Source of the DNA: Candidatus Gastranaerophilales bacterium
GTDB taxonomy: Bacteria; Cyanobacteriota; Vampirovibrionia; Gastranaerophilales; Gastranaerophilaceae
Reading direction: 5' to 3'
Assembly (NCBI GenBank): GCA_944322755.1
Contig: CALUPY010000002.1
Location: 95,790 to 159,789, forward strand
Length of the DNA: 64,000 nt
Positions 1 to 9,838 of the stretch are shown piece after piece; within the stretch, counting starts at the first letter, position 1, and each line of letters starts with the position of its first letter. Position numbers and translations under genes: made by a program. The notes under the pieces were generated by a model. It was not told where the DNA came from, searched no databases, and saw only the letters and a list, made by a program, of their open reading frames with translations.

Positions 1-1069
1 GGGCTGCTTTTATTATTTTTATAAATTTGTAATCTATGATATCAAAACCGACTTTTACTAAAATACCTGACAAAACAGGCAGCGGAATAACTGATGCAAA
101 CGGGGCAAAAAACAGTATAACGCAGACTAAAAATATTGAATGCACTACACCTGAGAGCCGTCCTGTTGCGCCTGAGTTTACGTTTACTACAGTTCTCATT
201 GTTGCGCCTGCACCTGCGATACCTCCGAATATACCTGCAATAAAGTTGCCTATCCCTTGCCCAATCAGTTCTTTGTTAGAGTTGTGTTTTGTTTTTGTTA
301 TGGAATCTGCAACAAGAGAGGTCAATAAAGAGTCAATTGACCCAAGCACAGCAAGCGTCAGTGCTACCGGTATAATATCAAAAAATTCTTTTACAGATGG
401 CAGACCTATTTTGATTTTTGGAAGCGATGACGGTATTTCTCCAATAACTTTTACATCCATATGAAATAATATACTTATTATTGTTACGCCTATCAGTGCA
501 ATAAGCGCCGACGGAATTCTTTTGGTTATTGCCTTTGGAGTAAAAAATACAATGAGAATAGACAAAAGTCCTGTTATTAAACTGGACGCGTCTGCATTTT
601 TTAGTGTGTTAACAAAACCTAAAATCGCATCTAATGTGCTTCCTGTTGAATCTTGTCCAAGAAGAGGGTTTAGCTGCAGCAGAATTATAATTACGCCTAT
701 ACCGCTCATGAAACCGGAGATTACAGGATAGGGAACATATTTTATATATTTTCCGACTTTTGTTATTCCGAGCAAAATTTGGAATATGCCGGCAAACATA
801 ATTGCAAAGAAAACTATTTTTAGATTTCCACTATATGTTGCCGCTATTGATGCTATAATGACTGTCATCGGCCCTGTCGGCCCGGAGATTTGCGTCGGGG
901 TTCCGCCAAAAAGCGTTGCGAACAGGCAAACAAGAATTGCGCCGTAAAGCCCTGAGGCTGCTCCGAGCCCGCTTGCTGTCCCGAACGCGAGAGCCAGCGG
1001 CAGCGCAATAACTCCTGCCGTCAGTCCGCCGAATATATTTCCTTTTATATTTGATTTTGTGATTTCCAT
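1..1069 (-). CDS. SulP-family anion permease, N-terminal part only (gene runs off the left edge)
   Basis: Absent from the ORF track because there is no stop in the window. The reverse complement from ATG at 1069..1067 reads MEITKSNIKGNIFGGLTAGVIALPLALAFGTASGLGAASGLYGAILVCLFATLFGGTPTQISGPTGPMTVI, the conserved SulP N-terminal signature. Plus-strand ORFs 36..464 and 522..731 are antisense shadows. Confidence 0.8.
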   Translation of the reverse strand, partial: MEITKSNIKGNIFGGLTAGVIALPLALAFGTASGLGAASGLYGAILVCLFATLFGGTPTQISGPTGPMTVIIASIAATYSGNLKIVFFAIMFAGIFQILLGITKVGKYIKYVPYPVISGFMSGIGVIIILLQLNPLLGQDSTGSTLDAILGFVNTLKNADASSLITGLLSILIVFFTPKAITKRIPSALIALIGVTIISILFHMDVKVIGEIPSSLPKIKIGLPSVKEFFDIIPVALTLAVLGSIDSLLTSLVADSITKTKHNSNKELIGQGIGNFIAGIFGGIAGAGATMRTVVNVNSGATGRLSGVVHSIFLVCVILFFAPFASVIPLPVLSGILVKVGFDIIDYKFIKIIKAA

Positions 1070-1114
1070 TTTGACGATTATAGCATGGATGTATAGATTT
1101 TTTAACTTACCGGT

Positions 1115-1480
1115 TTATATTTTCAGTTTTTTCTCTGCTGCCGCAAAAGCAATAGCTTTTTCTCTGTCATGAGAAAGAGAAATCGAGATTTCTATATTTT
1201 CACTGCAGCCTATAAGATTCACATACGGTGCACCGTTTTCTTTTTTCAAAATTTCTATATTTGAGTAGGAAATGTTTTTTTCAAGAATAGAGCTTAATGC
1301 TTTTACTACAGCCTCTTTTGCGCAAAATCTGGCCGCAAGATGTTTTGCCGGCATGGAGTTTGAAAAACAGTAGTCAAGTTCTTTTTTTGTGAAAATTTTG
1401 TTTAAAAAATGCGAATCTTTTTCAAGTGTTTTATTCTCAAATCTTGAAATATCTTCTATGTCAACACCTACCTGAATCAT
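1115..1480 (-). CDS. acpS: holo-[acyl-carrier-protein] synthase (4'-phosphopantetheinyl transferase)
   Basis: 121 aa. N-terminus MIQVGVDIEDISRF and KEAVVKAL...ISLSH are typical AcpS motifs and size. Confidence 0.85.
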   Translation of the reverse strand: MIQVGVDIEDISRFENKTLEKDSHFLNKIFTKKELDYCFSNSMPAKHLAARFCAKEAVVKALSSILEKNISYSNIEILKKENGAPYVNLIGCSENIEISISLSHDREKAIAFAAAEKKLKI

Positions 1481-1542
1481 TAGTACTCCTGATAAGCTTA
1501 TTTGTGAAACTATTATAACTTAATAGTTATGTTTTTTCTATG

Positions 1543-1606
1543 TTGACAATCAATTTTTAGTACCATAAAATAATGTTGGAATTACAACATGTTGGAAACA
1601 CAACAT
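1543..1606 (+). promoter_or_regulatory. sigma70-type promoter plus tandem palindromic operator upstream of the MarR-family gene
   Basis: TTGACA (1543..1548), 17 nt spacer, TAAAAT (1566..1571). It is followed by two overlapping 18-nt pseudo-palindromes, ATGTTGGAATTACAACAT (1573..1590) and ATGTTGGAAACACAACAT (1589..1606), ending 1 nt before the ATG at 1608. Confidence 0.6.
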
Positions 1607-1607
1607 T

Positions 1608-2096
1608 ATGAGAAAAGAGATTAAAGAGGAGAGAACCGGTTTCGTCAACTGCTATGCTGACAAACTGCCGTATATTATTGAGAAAACTACTGTATATTTT
1701 AGGCTCAGAGGGTCGCAGTTACTCGCAAAAATGGGGTGTCCGCTTACTATTGACCAGTTTATAACGCTGGATACTATTGCATTTAATAAAGGAATATGCC
1801 AGAGAGATTTAGCGAAAATTGTTCTTAAAGACCGTTCTAATATAACTCGTATTCTAAATATTCTTGAGAAAAAGGGGCTTATTCTTCGGAAAAATACCTG
1901 TAAAGGCAACAGGATGGTTAAGATGGCTAATCTAACTGCTGACGGTAAAAAAATTATTGATAAATATTCCCAGGCAATGAAAGATGATTTGGATGACATG
2001 CTCTCTGAATATAAAACAGAAGAGCTTCTTGTAATAAAGAAGGTCCTTTCTTTGATAATAGAAAAAATCAGCAAAAATACAAATATTCAGATTTAG
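1608..2096 (+). CDS. MarR-family transcriptional regulator
   Basis: 162 aa. Winged-HTH region LTIDQFITLDTIAFNKGICQRDLAKIVLKDRSNITRILNILEKKGLI...R is typical of MarR; it sits directly upstream of an MFS efflux gene. Confidence 0.8.
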   Translation: MRKEIKEERTGFVNCYADKLPYIIEKTTVYFRLRGSQLLAKMGCPLTIDQFITLDTIAFNKGICQRDLAKIVLKDRSNITRILNILEKKGLILRKNTCKGNRMVKMANLTADGKKIIDKYSQAMKDDLDDMLSEYKTEELLVIKKVLSLIIEKISKNTNIQI

Positions 2097-2110
2097 AAAA
2101 AGCGAAGAGA

Positions 2111-3685
2111 ATGGAAAATATTGTAGAAAATAAACCTGAAAAAACAATAAACCCCTGGTTGACCACTGTGGCAGTTATGACCGCAACGTTTATATTCGTA
2201 CTTGACGGTACGATTGCAAACGTTGCTCTGCCGCAGATGGCAGGGAGTTTTTCGTCAAGCAATGATGAAGCAACCTGGATTTTAACAAGCTATCTTATTG
2301 CCAGCGGTATAGTTGTACCGTCAGTTGACTGGTTTAGTAAGCTTTTTGGACGAAAACATTTTTTTATCGGATGTATATTATTGTTTACTGCTGCATCCTT
2401 GTTTTGCGGGCTTTCTCGTTCTCTCGATGTAATGATTTTTTCCCGTATATTGCAGGGACTCGGAGGCGGAGCTTTGCTGCCTGTTTCTCAGGCAATTCTT
2501 CTCGAGGCCTTTCCTAAAGAAAAGAGAGCGCTTGCCATGTCTATTTTCGGATTCGGTGTTGTAGTTGCGCCGGTTATTGGCCCGGTTTTGGGAGGATGGC
2601 TTACTGACAACTGGTCTTGGAGCTGGATTTTTTATATAAATATTCCTTTTGGTATATTTGCGGCTATTGCTTCCAGGATGTGGATTGTTGATCCTCCGTA
2701 TGCAAGAAAACAAAAAAATCCATACATTGATTATATCGGCTTTACTCTTTTGATAATCTGGCTCGTTACTCTGCAGGTTGTTCTTGACAAAGGCAACAAT
2801 GCGGATTGGTTTAATGCAACATGGGTTTGCGTGGTCAGTACTATTTCTGTAATCGCAATGGTTTTATTCATTTATTCGCAGATAAAACAGAAACGCTCAA
2901 TTATAAATCTCGGAGTTTTCAAAGACAGAAGTTTTCTGCTAGGTACTATAATACTTGTTCTTGTAAACATGGTTCTGTATGCTTCGACGACAATCATGCC
3001 GCTATTTTTACAAAATTTGTTAGGATATAGTGCATTTTTAAGCGGGTATTCTTTGATGCCAAGAGGCATTGGCAGTATTGCCGCTCTGGCATTGTACAGT
3101 CTTTTGAGTGATAAAATTGATTTTCGGATATTTACAGCCCTCGGGCTTATTCTTCTGGGGGTATCCGGGCTTATGTTCGGATTTTTGAATCTTGAGATTT
3201 CTATGATTAATATTATTTTGCCGAACTTGTTTTTTGGTTTTTCTGTAGGATTAACAGTTACGGTTTTGAGTACTGTTTCAATGGAGACAATTAGTAATGC
3301 TGATATGACCAATGCAAGCGGGGTTCAGAATCTTGTAAAAAATATCGGAGCTGCAGTCGGTACATCTCTTGTTGCAACAATGATTTCGAGATATTCTCAG
3401 GTTTTCCAGCACAATATGGTTGAATATCTTAATCCTCTAAATCCGATATATTCAGACAGACTTAACGAACTTACTATGTTTTTTGCGCAAATGGAGGAAT
3501 TTACATTTGCACAGGTAAAAGCTCAGGGTATGCTCTATCAGCAGCTTGTCCAGCAATCCACACTTTGGGCGTATATGCATTCCTTCAGAATATTCGGAGT
3601 TGTCTGCTTTGTGTGTCTTCCTCTGCTTTTATGTTACGGCCGCAAAAAAGACTCAAGCAAAGTCAATAAAACTCAGGAAATGTAG
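2111..3685 (+). CDS. MFS transporter, DHA2 (EmrB/QacA-like, 14-TMS) drug efflux family
   Basis: 524 aa and multi-TM. N-terminal FIFVLDGTIANVALPQMAGSF and LQGLGGGALLP motifs are characteristic of EmrB/QacA. Confidence 0.85.
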   Translation: MENIVENKPEKTINPWLTTVAVMTATFIFVLDGTIANVALPQMAGSFSSSNDEATWILTSYLIASGIVVPSVDWFSKLFGRKHFFIGCILLFTAASLFCGLSRSLDVMIFSRILQGLGGGALLPVSQAILLEAFPKEKRALAMSIFGFGVVVAPVIGPVLGGWLTDNWSWSWIFYINIPFGIFAAIASRMWIVDPPYARKQKNPYIDYIGFTLLIIWLVTLQVVLDKGNNADWFNATWVCVVSTISVIAMVLFIYSQIKQKRSIINLGVFKDRSFLLGTIILVLVNMVLYASTTIMPLFLQNLLGYSAFLSGYSLMPRGIGSIAALALYSLLSDKIDFRIFTALGLILLGVSGLMFGFLNLEISMINIILPNLFFGFSVGLTVTVLSTVSMETISNADMTNASGVQNLVKNIGAAVGTSLVATMISRYSQVFQHNMVEYLNPLNPIYSDRLNELTMFFAQMEEFTFAQVKAQGMLYQQLVQQSTLWAYMHSFRIFGVVCFVCLPLLLCYGRKKDSSKVNKTQEM

Positions 3686-4026
3686 GTTTTAATCGTATTT
3701 AAGAATTCATCAATTTTTATGGGTTTGGGAATATAGTCTATACAGCCCAGATTTTTTGCCTTTTCTATTTCTTTATCCATTGCACAGGCAGAAACAACAA
3801 TGACCGGCGGACGTTCAATATCTTTTGTTGCTTCTAAAAAATCATAACCTGTGTAAACCGGCATTTGAATATCTAAAAGGATGAGATCAAATTTTTCTGA
3901 TTTAACCATGTCTACACCGGTAAGCCCATCCTCTGCTGTTTCGATTTCATATCCTGCAAACTCCAGCACATCTTTCATGAGTTTCAGGTTAAGTTCATTA
4001 TCTTCGATGATAAGTATTTTTTTCAT
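3673..4026 (-). CDS. single-domain response regulator (CheY-like receiver)
   Basis: 117 aa. ILIIEDNELN, phospho-acceptor context DLILLDIQMP and a C-terminal PKPI motif. Its 3' end overlaps the convergent MFS gene by 13 nt. Confidence 0.85.
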   Translation of the reverse strand: MKKILIIEDNELNLKLMKDVLEFAGYEIETAEDGLTGVDMVKSEKFDLILLDIQMPVYTGYDFLEATKDIERPPVIVVSACAMDKEIEKAKNLGCIDYIPKPIKIDEFLNTIKTYIS

Positions 4027-5354
4027 TATTCATTCTCTTGAGGTAATTTTGCTTCTAAGGGCAGTGTAACATAGAATGTTGAACCGACATCCACCATGCT
4101 CTCGAATGTAATTTTCCCCCCGTGGAGTTCTACGAGTTCTTTTGTAATGGTAAGGCCCAGTCCGGTTGAACTTTCTTTTTTCGAATAAATATTGTTCAAC
4201 TGGACGAATTTTGCAAAGATTTTTCCGTGATATTTTTTGTCAATGCCTATACCGTTGTCTTTTACATATATTTCTACTTTATCATCTTTTTTAGTAAAAC
4301 CGGTTTCTATTTTTCCATTTTCTTTTGTGAATTTAATGGCATTACTCAAAAGATTGTAAAGAATTTGCTGTATTTTTTGATAGTCTGCTCTAATTTCTAC
4401 ATCCTCCGGAATGTCGACTTTGAGTTCTATATTTTTTTTGTTTGCGAGAGGTGTAACTATATTTACTACTTCTGTTATTGACATCGTAAGGCTGAAATTA
4501 GAGAGTGCAAGTTTTATTGCTTTTGATTCTATTTTAGATATTTCCAGTATCTCATTAATCATACCCAGAAGGTGTATACCCGAGACGTGAATGTCATTGA
4601 CATACTCGGACTGCTTTTCATTCAGGTCTCCAAAAAATTTTTTAGAAAGCGCTTCTGAAAAACCGATTATTGCATTCAAAGGGGTTCTGAGTTCATGTGA
4701 TATGTTAGCTAGAAAATCGTTCTTTATTTTATCTGCTTCAAGTATTTTTTCGTTTTGTTGTTTTATAGTCGCATATGCTCTGCTTTTTTCCTGAATGCTT
4801 TCCTGTAAGGCTTTAAGCTGAAGCTTGAATACATTTGCCAGTTCGCTGTCTTTAATTGCATATGAAACAACTGCGCAGAATTTATCGGTTATATCTGTGT
4901 CTTCTTCTGTAAAAGGTTCTTTTCTGACAAGCATAATGAAGCCGAAAACCGTGTCTCTCAGATGTAGTTTACAAATAAGAAAATTGCATCCTGTTTTTTG
5001 AAAAGAACAACCGTTGAAATAGCCGCTGTTTTCGTCAAAGATAAGCGGTTTTTTCTCATAAAATGAATCTTTTACAGACTTATCAATTGTGAAAGATTTT
5101 TCTTCATTTTGAATTGGTTCATTACCGGAGGTCTTTTTATACTGAATATTAGCTGTATCTGAATTTAAGTAGCATATATATGCATTTTCATAGTTCAGTA
5201 CTGCCTTTAATTCGGTGAGAGCTTTTTCAAAACTTATATTTACGTCCTCATATGTGGTAAGAATGGACGGTATTTTATCGAGTATTATTTTATATCTGTC
5301 TTTTTCCATTTTTTCATTATAGTCTCTAGTTTTGTCATGTCCAATTTTTAACAA
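4026..5354 (-). CDS. sensor histidine kinase with an N-terminal GAF-like domain (no TM segment seen)
   Basis: 442 aa. H-box SHELRTPLNAIIGF, N-box LLSNAIKFT, G1 DNGIGI and G2 GLGLTI. Its stop overlaps the start of the response regulator. Confidence 0.85.
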   Translation of the reverse strand: MLKIGHDKTRDYNEKMEKDRYKIILDKIPSILTTYEDVNISFEKALTELKAVLNYENAYICYLNSDTANIQYKKTSGNEPIQNEEKSFTIDKSVKDSFYEKKPLIFDENSGYFNGCSFQKTGCNFLICKLHLRDTVFGFIMLVRKEPFTEEDTDITDKFCAVVSYAIKDSELANVFKLQLKALQESIQEKSRAYATIKQQNEKILEADKIKNDFLANISHELRTPLNAIIGFSEALSKKFFGDLNEKQSEYVNDIHVSGIHLLGMINEILEISKIESKAIKLALSNFSLTMSITEVVNIVTPLANKKNIELKVDIPEDVEIRADYQKIQQILYNLLSNAIKFTKENGKIETGFTKKDDKVEIYVKDNGIGIDKKYHGKIFAKFVQLNNIYSKKESSTGLGLTITKELVELHGGKITFESMVDVGSTFYVTLPLEAKLPQENE

Positions 5355-5358
5355 TTCG

Positions 5359-5775
5359 TTAGTTAAATTTCATATCAGTAATTTCTTTTTCTTTATTTGC
5401 GTCTATGTAGTGATATATTTTTTCCGGAATTGTTTTTGAAAATTTATAAATATTGTTTGCAGGTGCTATTTTTACAAAACTGTGTTTTGCATCTTTTTTC
5501 ATTACGCTCAAAAGCAGTTCCTGATTGGCTGTTTCAAAAAGAATATATCCGCTTCTCGACTGCATTTCAAGAGGTTTAAATCCATTTGCATTTATTGCAG
5601 AAAGACTTAAATAATAAAGTTTTTCAAAAGGAATTTCGTATAATTTTATACATTCATCCGGTTCTGCGTAAGCAGGTGCAACAGGTTTGCTCTGCAGAGG
5701 CAGGGTCTCTGAAAATGCATTTAAGCCGGTAAATAAAAATAAAACAAGAACTGTAAAAATACTAAATTTCTTCAT
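5359..5775 (-). CDS. hypothetical secreted protein
   Basis: Signal-peptide-like MKKFSIFTVLVLFLFTGLNAFS. The start is chosen at the second Met; the ORF track start is 5790. It overlaps the 3' end of polA and lies 4 nt upstream of the kinase gene. Confidence 0.55.
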   Translation of the reverse strand: MKKFSIFTVLVLFLFTGLNAFSETLPLQSKPVAPAYAEPDECIKLYEIPFEKLYYLSLSAINANGFKPLEMQSRSGYILFETANQELLLSVMKKDAKHSFVKIAPANNIYKFSKTIPEKIYHYIDANKEKEITDMKFN

Positions 5776-8719
5776 TTTCCATACTTCCATCTTCTTCGTT
5801 ATTCTGCATCCAGGTTGAACCTACTTCAAAATCCACAACTAAAGGAACATCAAGCGGCTGTCCTAGCTCCATAGCTTCTTTAACAAGTTCTTTTGTATTG
5901 TCCAGCTCGTCTTTGTATACTTCCAAAATAAGTTCGTCGTGTACTTGAAGCAGAATTTTTGATTTTGAACCTGTTGTTTGCAGTTTTTTGTCCAAATCAA
6001 CCATCGCCATTTTTATTAAATCAGCGGCTGCACCCTGCAGCGGGCTGTTTATAGCTGCTCTTTGCGCAAATTCTTTAATTTGATGATTAGAGCTGACAAG
6101 CTCATCCAAAAGATATCTCTTTCTTCCAAACATTGTCTTTGCATAACCGTTTTTGTAGGCAGATTGAACTGATTTTTCCATATATTCTTTTATGCCAGGG
6201 TATGTTGCAAAATATTTGTCTATAAAATCCTGGGCTTCATCTGCGCTTATTTTCAAAGCAGCAGCCAGTCCGTAGCGTGTTTGTCCGTATACGATGCCAA
6301 AATTTACGGCTTTTGCCCTGCTTCTCATTTCTTTTGTGACCTGTTCAAGCGGCACATTAAATATTTTTGCGGCAATCTCCGCGTGAATGTCTTCTCCTGT
6401 CCTGAATGCTTTTATCATTGCTTCATCACCAGAACAGTGCGCAAGAAGTCTGAGTTCAATCTGTGAATAGTCAGCTGATAACAGCACTTGTTCATCGGGC
6501 AGTGAGGGGATGAATGCTTTTCGTATTCTGTTTCCGAGCTCGGTTCTGACCGGAATATTTTGGAGATTCGGATTGGATGAAGATAAACGTCCGGTTACTG
6601 TTGCTGTTTGATTATAGCTTGTGTGTATTTTTCCGTCATATGGGCTTATCAACTCGGGAAGTGCATCAACGTATGTGTTTTTCATTTTTGCAAAATGTCT
6701 GTAATCCAGAATGTATTTTGCAATGTCGTAGTCTTTGGCAAGTTCTGAGAGAACTTTTACATCTGTTGAAAATGTTTTTGCTCCTCTTTTTTTGCCTTTG
6801 GGCTTTATTTTAAGCTCTTCAAACAGTATCTGTCCAACCTGTCTAGGTGAATTTATATTAAATGATGTTCCGGCAAGCTTGAATACTTTTTCTTCGACAT
6901 TACTTAAATCTGCTGCCAGCTCATTAGAGAGTTGGTGCAGATAGTCAACATCTATTGTTATTCCTGCCGCTTCCATTTTTTCAAGTACTTCGCATGTCGG
7001 TAATTCTATATCATACAGAAGTTTTTTCTCTTCATCGTCAAGTTTTTGAGCCCAGTATCTGGTAAGTTCCAATGTGGCAAATGCATCATCACATGCATAA
7101 TCAGATGCATCTTCAATAGGCACGCAGTCCATTGTAATTTGGGCTTTTCCTTTGCCTATTAACTCGTCAATATCCTTCATCATGTAATCAAGATGTTCAA
7201 GTGCTTGTACTTTTAATCCGTGTTTTCTTGACGGATCTTTTACGTAACTTGCGAGCATTGTATCAAAAATTACACCGTCAGTTTTTATTCCATACTTTAA
7301 GAATGCATTGACATCATATTTTGCATTTTGGAGTGTTTTTGATATATTTTTTGATTCTAATACAGGCTTCAACATGCTGACTACATAGTCCAAATCGAGC
7401 TGTTCTCCGTATCTATGAAAAACAGGAATATAAAATGATTCTGTTTTGGCACCAGTGTCTTTTATTTCTATTTTTCCGTTTGATGCTTGGATATCAGGAT
7501 TGTAAGCAAGAGATATTCCTACTAAATCAGCTTCAAGCGCATTTACGGATGTCGTTTCTGTGTCAAAAGCAAATAATGTCTGTTTATTTAACGTATCAAT
7601 AAGTTTTTTTAAATCTTCTTCGGTCGTTATCGTATGGCAGGAATTTTTCAGTTTCTCTTTTTTCTGCTTTTTAGTAGGTGCAGACTCTTGTGCTCCGGCT
7701 GCTTCAAAGCATAAACCGAGCTGTATTTGTTCTCCTACAGATTTTATGGGGTCCGGTGTTGATTTTTTCGGATCAGCTGCAATTTCGCTGATTTCTTTTG
7801 TTACTTCTTCCGGATAATCAAAGGGTTTTAAAATTTCATTCAGATTTTTTAAGAAGCTGAAAAGCTGTACTTTTTTTAGAAACTCAACGACTTTATTGAC
7901 ATCAGGTAGCTCAAGAGACGTTTTATTTATATCAAAATCTATATCCACATCTCTTTTGATAGTCGCGAGAAACTGGCTCATTTTGGCCATTTCTACCCCG
8001 TCTATGAGTTTTTGTTTTAATGCCTTTTCTTTTATTTCGTCCGTGCTGTTTAGTATATTTTCAAGATTGTGAAATCTTGTTAAAAGTTTAACCGCTGTTT
8101 TTTCACCAATACCCCGTATGCCGGGTATATTATCGGATGTATCTCCTCTAAGAGCTTTGTAGTCAACAACCTGATTCGGATAAACACCAAGTTTTTCATG
8201 TACTTTCTCCCAGTCATATTCAATCAGTTCACCTTTTGACGGTATTAGTACAGAAACAAGCCCTTCTCTGTCTATAAGTTGAAAAGCATCCTGATCTCCT
8301 GTCAGAATCAGGGTTTTGTGTCCTTGTCCGGAAGCTTCTTTTGTGATGGTTCCGATAACATCGTCCGCTTCGAAACCTTCTTTTGTGTACATTGGGATAT
8401 TAAGAGCCTGCAGTCCCTCGCATATAAGCCCCATTTGGGAGCGTAAAGTGTCAGGCATGGTTTCTCTGTTCGCTTTATATTGGTCATAATGTTCAACGCG
8501 GAATGTTTGTCTGCCGACATCAAATGCTACAGCAATTGCATCAGGTTTTATCTCTTGGTTTTTCAGGAGGTCAAAGACTGCTTTAAAAAAGCCAAAAACT
8601 GCCCAGGTCGGAACCTTGTCTGTTGTTTTCATTCCCGTTCGTTCAAGAGCAAAATAACTTCTGAATGCAAGAGCATGCCCGTCTATAAGTATTAATGTCT
8701 TTTTATTGTCCACTCTCAT
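5762..8719 (-). CDS. polA: DNA polymerase I with 5'-nuclease, 3'-5' exonuclease and polymerase domains
   Basis: 985 aa. Exo motifs FAFDTETTS, NAKYDVN and YACDDA. Pol motifs DYSQIELRLLAH, RSRAKAVNFGIVYG and QVHDELI. Confidence 0.95.
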   Translation of the reverse strand: MRVDNKKTLILIDGHALAFRSYFALERTGMKTTDKVPTWAVFGFFKAVFDLLKNQEIKPDAIAVAFDVGRQTFRVEHYDQYKANRETMPDTLRSQMGLICEGLQALNIPMYTKEGFEADDVIGTITKEASGQGHKTLILTGDQDAFQLIDREGLVSVLIPSKGELIEYDWEKVHEKLGVYPNQVVDYKALRGDTSDNIPGIRGIGEKTAVKLLTRFHNLENILNSTDEIKEKALKQKLIDGVEMAKMSQFLATIKRDVDIDFDINKTSLELPDVNKVVEFLKKVQLFSFLKNLNEILKPFDYPEEVTKEISEIAADPKKSTPDPIKSVGEQIQLGLCFEAAGAQESAPTKKQKKEKLKNSCHTITTEEDLKKLIDTLNKQTLFAFDTETTSVNALEADLVGISLAYNPDIQASNGKIEIKDTGAKTESFYIPVFHRYGEQLDLDYVVSMLKPVLESKNISKTLQNAKYDVNAFLKYGIKTDGVIFDTMLASYVKDPSRKHGLKVQALEHLDYMMKDIDELIGKGKAQITMDCVPIEDASDYACDDAFATLELTRYWAQKLDDEEKKLLYDIELPTCEVLEKMEAAGITIDVDYLHQLSNELAADLSNVEEKVFKLAGTSFNINSPRQVGQILFEELKIKPKGKKRGAKTFSTDVKVLSELAKDYDIAKYILDYRHFAKMKNTYVDALPELISPYDGKIHTSYNQTATVTGRLSSSNPNLQNIPVRTELGNRIRKAFIPSLPDEQVLLSADYSQIELRLLAHCSGDEAMIKAFRTGEDIHAEIAAKIFNVPLEQVTKEMRSRAKAVNFGIVYGQTRYGLAAALKISADEAQDFIDKYFATYPGIKEYMEKSVQSAYKNGYAKTMFGRKRYLLDELVSSNHQIKEFAQRAAINSPLQGAAADLIKMAMVDLDKKLQTTGSKSKILLQVHDELILEVYKDELDNTKELVKEAMELGQPLDVPLVVDFEVGSTWMQNNEEDGSMENEEI

Positions 8720-8847
8720 ACCCCCTTTAGATAGTTTATCATTGAATAAATGTTTTATATACTAATTTTTGTAAAAATTTTATATAAAGTAGCAAAAAAA
8801 ATATTTTCGGGATTTTAAAACTAGGGAGTAAAAAACAGAGGTTTGTG

Positions 8848-9156
8848 ATGAAAGCTAATAACATTTCACCGGAAGTAAAGACGGGTATTTACAACATTGT
8901 TTCAGCTGTAAAAAAGCATGCCGAAGCAGCTGAAAATTTGAAAAATGCGGCAGCAAAAACAAATAGCGCAGAACCCGCTAAAAATCCTTACATAAGAGAT
9001 ATTTTTGCTCCACAGGTCACAGAAGAAGTTGTACCTAAAAAACGCACGCACCGTTACCGTAAAAATCCCTATGCTGTCTCATGGCCCAAAGATTCGCCGT
9101 TTTATATGCCGTGGCATGAACGTATTATTAAATATCTGAAGTTTATGTTTAAGTAA
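8848..9156 (+). CDS. hypothetical protein
   Basis: ORF with AGAGG 7 nt upstream of ATG 8848 (the track start 8845 is GTG). No recognisable domain. Confidence 0.5.
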   Translation: MKANNISPEVKTGIYNIVSAVKKHAEAAENLKNAAAKTNSAEPAKNPYIRDIFAPQVTEEVVPKKRTHRYRKNPYAVSWPKDSPFYMPWHERIIKYLKFMFK

Positions 9157-9245
9157 TGTAACAATTTTTTTATTTCGGTAAATTTTTCTTCAAAAAAACA
9201 CTTTATAGATTTATAGGATAAAGGGAATTTTTGAGGAAGTTTAGA

Positions 9246-9725
9246 ATGGGAATTTTTAATATTTCGTCATTTGCTACAAATGATATGTCCCGCACTTTAA
9301 GGGAAAGTCATGCTTATTCTGAAAAAAATAAAGATTCAAAATTGCCGCTGTTGTTTACTTTTAATAACAGTTACGGCAAAGGGGATCTTGCTCAGGATTT
9401 AAAAGAGCGCAGAGAGGCGCAGGAAAAACGTGATGCAAAACTTGCGGAAGATAATACAAAGTATCTCAAAAAGTTTGCACCATCAGGGGGTGAACTTAAC
9501 AGTCTGCCGGATTTGCTTGCTGCAAAAGAAAAAATTGCACAGTTTAAGTACTATAGAAATTGCACGGAAAAATATGATAAGTCTGAAATCGATAATCTTC
9601 TTTATGCATTTGAAAAACAAGAAGGTATTGTAAATGAAAAAATTAATAATATAAATTCTGGAAAAGAGCAAGAAGGCAGTTCTATTCATCTATACAGTGA
9701 TTTGAAAAGAGATTTTTACGCTTAA
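9246..9725 (+). CDS. hypothetical protein
   Basis: ORF with GAGGAAG 6 nt upstream of ATG 9246 (the track start 9231 is TTG). Charged, probably helical. No recognisable domain. Confidence 0.5.
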   Translation: MGIFNISSFATNDMSRTLRESHAYSEKNKDSKLPLLFTFNNSYGKGDLAQDLKERREAQEKRDAKLAEDNTKYLKKFAPSGGELNSLPDLLAAKEKIAQFKYYRNCTEKYDKSEIDNLLYAFEKQEGIVNEKINNINSGKEQEGSSIHLYSDLKRDFYA

Positions 9726-9838
9726 TTTCGCAAGGACATTTGGCGTCCATAAATTTTAGTTGTAATATATAATAAGACATAACAACACCTTATACGTCCT
9801 ATATGCGTCAGGTATATTTACGTAGAAGGAGTTTGCAA

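Noticed and set aside
36-731. Plus-strand ORFs of 142 and 69 aa at the left edge
   Set aside because: They are antisense to a clearly recognisable SulP permease reading frame on the minus strand, and their translations are low-complexity with no start signals.
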